64,000 bases of DNA from Ruminococcus sp. (GTDB lineage: Bacteria; Bacillota; Clostridia; Oscillospirales; Acutalibacteraceae): NCBI GenBank assembly GCA_017411385.1, contig JAFQQF010000026.1, forward strand, positions 68,299 to 132,298, given 5' to 3'. Below are positions 59,826 to 64,000 of the stretch, in pieces. The position numbers and the translations under genes are program-made. How positions within the stretch are numbered: position 1 is the stretch's first letter; every line of letters begins with the position of its first letter. The notes under the pieces were generated by a model, which had not been told where the DNA came from, ran no database searches, and worked only from the letters and a program-made list of their open reading frames with translations.

Positions 59826-61601
59826 TTAATTATTACTGTTTTTACGGTTTTTCTTACGCATAAGCATCGCCTGAATATCCTCAGGTGACATATCGGTGAG
59901 TTTTTCGGGCGTTAGCTTTTCTTTTTCCTCAATAATTGTTTCTATATATTCAAGCATAGCTTCTCTGGTAGCTGCCTGAGAATTATATGAGGATAGCATA
60001 CCGAAAAACCTTGATGCTTCATCTGCTGTAAAATCTCGGGTTATGGTTGATAAGGGCGATATACCCTCATCAATCTTTTGAAGCACATAAGAATAAAGCT
60101 CGGAATTAAACTTCGTGACAAAGCCTAAGGGCGAAAGCTTCTGCCGTGCAAAGGATGCCATATCATTATTATTCACCAAATAAACAATGAGCATTTCTTC
60201 TGCCTTTGCCGCACGGGTGTTCGAGGCCTTTTCCGTATTGATTTTATCCTTCTTACCGCTGAGTTCCTGAGAGAGTTGAGTAAACTCCTTGCGTGCAACG
60301 TCACCGGATTTTCGCCTTATGAGTTTTCGCAAATCTTCAAGTATTGCAGTTTTTTCGATGCCTATTTCGGAAGCCAGCTTTGACACATATATGTCCTGTT
60401 CAACAGAGCTGTCAAGAGATGCTATAATCTTTAATGCATCGGACATATACTGAGCTTTTGCATCCGGTCGTGATATATCATAACGGCTTCTGAGTTTAAA
60501 AAGACGATATTCAACATCATTGCCGCTGTTTTCAAGAATATTCCTAAAAGCAGCAGGGCCCTTATCACCCCGATTACGAATAAACTCATCAGGGTCTTTA
60601 CCGTCTGGGATATTGATAATTCGGATAGTCAGTCCTGCGTTTCTGAGAATTTCGATAGCACGGGATGTCGCCTTTTGACCTGCTTCATCAGCATCGTAGC
60701 AGATGATTACCTCATCAGCGTAACGCTTTATCAGCAACGCTTGCTCAGCAGTCAAAGCTGTGCCCAAGGTTGCCACAGTATTGCAGAAACCAGCCTGATT
60801 AAGAGCGATAACATCCATATACCCCTCGCAAAGGATGAGTGTTCTTGCCCCTGTATTCTTAGCATTATTGAGAGAAAACAGGTTTGAACTCTTTTTAAAA
60901 GCCAAAGTATCAGAGGTGTTGAGATATTTTGGCTTTTGGTCTGTGAGAATTCGTCCGCCGAAAGCTATAACATTGCCTCGTAAATCTATAATAGGAAACA
61001 TTACTCTGTCTGCAAAGCGGTCAACTATTCGCCTGCCGTCAGAGCTTTTGAAAGCAAGGTTTGCACTGACAATTTCGTTATCACTAAACCCAAGCTTTCT
61101 CAGATAATCGCATAGGGCAAATCGGCTTTTAGGCGAATAACCCAATCCAAAATGCCTTATGGTTTTGTCAGTAAGTCCTCGGTTGTGAAAGTACTCAAGC
61201 CCTTGCCTGCCCAAAGGCTCATAAAGCTGTCTGTAATAAAAACGTGCCGCTTCACGGTTGGCTTCAAGAATTCTTGTACGCATCTTAGCCATACCGTCAT
61301 TATAAGAATTTTCGGGCATTTCAAGCCCTGCACGCTGTGCCAAAAACTTGACTGCTTCTATGTAATCAAGGTTTTCAATCTTCATTATAAAGGTGATAAC
61401 GTCACCGCCTGCTCCGCAACCAAAGCAGTAGAAAGAGCCGTTTTCGGGATACAGGTTAAAGGAGGGAGTTTTTTCAGAATGGAAAGGACAAAGTCCTACA
61501 AGATTCCTGCCGCGGCGCTTCAGGTTAACATAAGACGACACAATATCGGTTATACTAGAACGTGATTTAAGCTCCTGCAGGAAGCTGTCTGGCAGAGCCA
61601 C
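59826..61601 (-). CDS. dnaG: DNA primase
   Basis: [15 protein letters not shown] Zn finger, PKYLNTS, EGYMD, YDADEAG TOPRIM; true start GTG 61601 with AAAGGAGG RBS. Confidence 0.97.
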   Translation of the reverse strand: MALPDSFLQELKSRSSITDIVSSYVNLKRRGRNLVGLCPFHSEKTPSFNLYPENGSFYCFGCGAGGDVITFIMKIENLDYIEAVKFLAQRAGLEMPENSYNDGMAKMRTRILEANREAARFYYRQLYEPLGRQGLEYFHNRGLTDKTIRHFGLGYSPKSRFALCDYLRKLGFSDNEIVSANLAFKSSDGRRIVDRFADRVMFPIIDLRGNVIAFGGRILTDQKPKYLNTSDTLAFKKSSNLFSLNNAKNTGARTLILCEGYMDVIALNQAGFCNTVATLGTALTAEQALLIKRYADEVIICYDADEAGQKATSRAIEILRNAGLTIRIINIPDGKDPDEFIRNRGDKGPAAFRNILENSGNDVEYRLFKLRSRYDISRPDAKAQYMSDALKIIASLDSSVEQDIYVSKLASEIGIEKTAILEDLRKLIRRKSGDVARKEFTQLSQELSGKKDKINTEKASNTRAAKAEEMLIVYLVNNNDMASFARQKLSPLGFVTKFNSELYSYVLQKIDEGISPLSTITRDFTADEASRFFGMLSSYNSQAATREAMLEYIETIIEEKEKLTPEKLTDMSPEDIQAMLMRKKNRKNSNN

Positions 61602-61725
61602 ATCTACTCCTCCTTTCAAATAAGTGTTTGAATATATATACGAAAAAAAAATGAATTTTCCTGCCATAAAAACAGAAAAATTCATTATTTTAAGTAAGAA
61701 CAGTGATTTTTGAGTGTTTATGTAA

Positions 61726-62361
61726 TTAAATCTGTATTTTTTCAGGGTAGTATTGCTCAGTATCAGACTCAACTTCTACTGTGCCGCAGGTGGTTTCTGT
61801 AATAAGCTTTGAAAGTCTTGAAAGCTCACCTTTTGGTATATGAAACGCAAGCAGAACTTTATCGGAAAAATCCGCATTATCTACAGTAGCACCATTTTCA
61901 GGCAAAAGTGAGGAAAGTTTGCCATATTGATTATAGGTACATTCAAGGGTACACACAGCACAGCTTCGCATCATTATCTGGCCAGCTGCTTCAACTGCAA
62001 GGGAAGCTGAGTGTGAATAAGCACGGACCAGACCGCCACCGCCTAAGAGGATACCTCCGAAGTAACGGGTTACAACAATGCACACATCGGTAAGCCCGCT
62101 TTTGCGTATTACATCGAGTACAGGCATTCCGGCAGTACCCTGTGGCTCATTATCATCGCTATAGCGACAGGTATTCTGCTCTCTCAGCACATAGGCATAT
62201 ACGTTATGAGTCGCGTCCCAATGCTTCTGACGGATTGAATTGATAAAATCCAAAGCATCCCTTTCTGTTGTGACAGGCTTGATATATCCGATAAAGCGGG
62301 AGCGTTTCTCGACAAATTCGGGAGATGCCTCAGAGCTTATGGTCTTATAATCAGCAGGCAC
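61726..62361 (-). CDS. YigZ/IMPACT family protein
   Basis: SRFIGY, ATHNVYAY, SDDNEPQGTAG, RYFGGILLGGGGLVRAY. Confidence 0.94.
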   Translation of the reverse strand: MPADYKTISSEASPEFVEKRSRFIGYIKPVTTERDALDFINSIRQKHWDATHNVYAYVLREQNTCRYSDDNEPQGTAGMPVLDVIRKSGLTDVCIVVTRYFGGILLGGGGLVRAYSHSASLAVEAAGQIMMRSCAVCTLECTYNQYGKLSSLLPENGATVDNADFSDKVLLAFHIPKGELSRLSKLITETTCGTVEVESDTEQYYPEKIQI

Positions 62362-62453
62362 AGTATCACCTCACTCAAAAAGATTGGAAGTAAGAAAGAT
62401 AAAAACAGACGGCACTTCGGAATTGAAGTACCGTCTTTGAAGTCAAATGACTA

Positions 62454-62654
62454 TTACTCGATGCCGTAACGTTTCTTGAATCTATCTACGCGTCCGCCGG
62501 TATCAACGAGCTTCTGCTTTCCTGTGAAGAAAGGATGGCACTTTGAACAAATTTCAACACGCTGGTTGGGCTTTGTAGAGCCAGTCTCGATAACATTGCC
62601 ACAAGCACAGGTAATAGTAGTCTGCTCATAGTTAGGATGGATATTCTCCTGCAT
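62454..62654 (-). CDS. rpmE: 50S ribosomal protein L31 (Zn-binding type)
   Basis: [25 protein letters not shown]. Confidence 0.97.
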   Translation of the reverse strand: MQENIHPNYEQTTITCACGNVIETGSTKPNQRVEICSKCHPFFTGKQKLVDTGGRVDRFKKRYGIE

Positions 62655-62773
62655 TTCTTTTCACCTCTTTCGCTGATGCCGTAGTAACAGATGAATTATA
62701 CTACATAACATCTTAAAATGCAAGTGTTTTTTATAAATCTTCGCAAATATTTATAAATTAATTGCCTTTATAA

Positions 62774-63547
62774 TTATCGTGAAGAAATATGATAGGAATA
62801 ATCCTCAAGAATCATATCATATCGACGCATATTGAGGGCATGCTCTTTGCCAACATATCGGTAAAGGTCAGGTGCGTAAGACATTCCTGTGCCTGCTTCT
62901 TCTTCCTCGGGGTAACGGAGAACAAAGCCGTAATTTACGCTGTATTTTAAAAGCCACTTTCCTGCCTCTGAATTTGCAAAAGCACCATCCTCGTCGGATG
63001 CAAAGCGAATAAGAAGACCTGTTTGGCTTTCACTGCAGCCAGCCTCGGGACAAATCTTCTTAGTTTCTGCCTCTGCTTTGATTTTTGAATAATCCTTATT
63101 TTTCTTAATCTCATCCAGCGTTTTCTCGTAAAGAACAGCCTGTTCAGAATAAGACACATAGCCGTCTTTAATTTTAATTTCCACCCCATCTGATGATGCA
63201 TCAGAAATCATCTTATCCAAATCATCAAAGGCAAGCTCAGAAATACGGACCGAACCAAAAGGAGTAAGCTTTGGGACATAATCTTCTTCCAAAGGATTAT
63301 GCTCATTGACTACTTCAAGAAGTATTGCATCATAGTCAACCGCCACTTCATCCGCAGTTATCGTATCATAGGGTTCAGCATTCAGCCCCACTTCAACCCA
63401 GTAAGCCACAAAGATTCCAAGTAGGATTACACCTGCTATGATAAGAGGCAAAATAAACAAAAATACAGTTTTAAGCTTTGTGCGTTCGTTGAATCTTCTG
63501 CCCCGATTATTATACTTGTTTTTTATATCATATCTGTTGTATGGCAT
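62774..63547 (-). CDS. M15B/VanY-like D,D-carboxypeptidase homolog with degenerate active site
   Basis: TM anchor; VNEHNPL, YGFVLRYP, YRYVG scaffold; catalytic residues replaced. Confidence 0.78.
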   Translation of the reverse strand: MPYNRYDIKNKYNNRGRRFNERTKLKTVFLFILPLIIAGVILLGIFVAYWVEVGLNAEPYDTITADEVAVDYDAILLEVVNEHNPLEEDYVPKLTPFGSVRISELAFDDLDKMISDASSDGVEIKIKDGYVSYSEQAVLYEKTLDEIKKNKDYSKIKAEAETKKICPEAGCSESQTGLLIRFASDEDGAFANSEAGKWLLKYSVNYGFVLRYPEEEEAGTGMSYAPDLYRYVGKEHALNMRRYDMILEDYSYHISSR

Positions 63548-63557
63548 AGCTCTCCTG

Positions 63558-64000
63558 TCAGTTGATTACCTTTGTTTCAATTTCTTCAACTGCACGTGCA
63601 ATATACTCCTCAAGAGTCATTGCACCCAAGTCACCTGCTTTACGTGCACGAACAGACACTGTGTTGTTCTCTATATCCTTATCACCCAGAATAATCATAT
63701 AGGGTACTTTTTCAAGCTGTGCTTCACGGATTTTATAGCCGACCTTTTCGGAACGGTCGTCTACCTCTACACGCATACCCTTTGCTTCCAGAGCCTTCTT
63801 AACCTCATAAGCATAATCGTGGTGTCTGTCAGCAATAGGAAGAATCTTAACCTGAGTAGGTGCAAGCCACATTGGGAAAGCACCTGCATATTTTTCGATA
63901 AGGAGAGCCAAAGTACGCTCATAGCAACCAATGGATGTACGGTGAATAATATAAGGATTCTTCTTTGTGCCATCCTTATCAACATAAACCATACCGAACT
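63558..64000 (-). CDS. thrS: Threonyl-tRNA synthetase, 3' part (gene continues beyond window)
   Basis: PYIIHRTSIGCYER, FPMWLAPTQV, EKVGYKIREAQ anticodon domain. Confidence 0.96.
   Translation of the reverse strand, partial: FGMVYVDKDGTKKNPYIIHRTSIGCYERTLALLIEKYAGAFPMWLAPTQVKILPIADRHHDYAYEVKKALEAKGMRVEVDDRSEKVGYKIREAQLEKVPYMIILGDKDIENNTVSVRARKAGDLGAMTLEEYIARAVEEIETKVIN

Noticed and set aside
61602-61772. N-terminal extension of DnaG overlapping yigZ
   Set aside because: A strong AAAGGAGG RBS precedes GTG 61601, where primase homology begins. Similar over-long starts were trimmed for pcrA, the DUF4358-like gene, the HI0933 gene, the 44012 membrane gene and the 50994 gene.
62774-63547. Vancomycin-resistance vanY
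   Set aside because: No van cluster, and the catalytic residues are absent

Overview
A 64-kb, mostly minus-strand core-genome segment from a spore-forming Clostridia bacterium; the gene content and a dockerin protein suggest Oscillospiraceae/Ruminococcus-like. It holds the start of the spoIIIA operon, ligA, the cmk-plsC-ispH/rpsA cluster, a heterodimeric ABC exporter and the yloC-remA-gmk-rpoZ-priA-def-fmt-rsmB-rlmN-stp-pknB-rsgA cluster. Further along are pgm, a LexA-boxed dinB, spoIIM, proC, pcrA, dnaD/dnaC, dnaG-rpoD, rpmE, the 3' part of thrS, and three tRNAs (Ala-GGC, Pro-CGG, Gln-CTG). I found no intact prophage, transposase, integrase or CRISPR array. The strongest unexplained signal is an 842-bp single-gene cassette (nucleotidyltransferase/DUF4037-like) just downstream of tRNA-Pro. 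It is bounded exactly by 23-bp inverted repeats whose outer parts read GTTAGAC/GTCTAAC, and a promoter outside the repeat fires into it. Other notable items are a duplicated 68-bp palindromic element after tRNA-Ala, two apparently dead cell-envelope enzymes (a PASTA pseudokinase and a VanY-like pseudo-peptidase), and a secreted GH24 lysozyme split by an inserted SH3b domain. All family calls come from motif recognition by eye; no database search was run.
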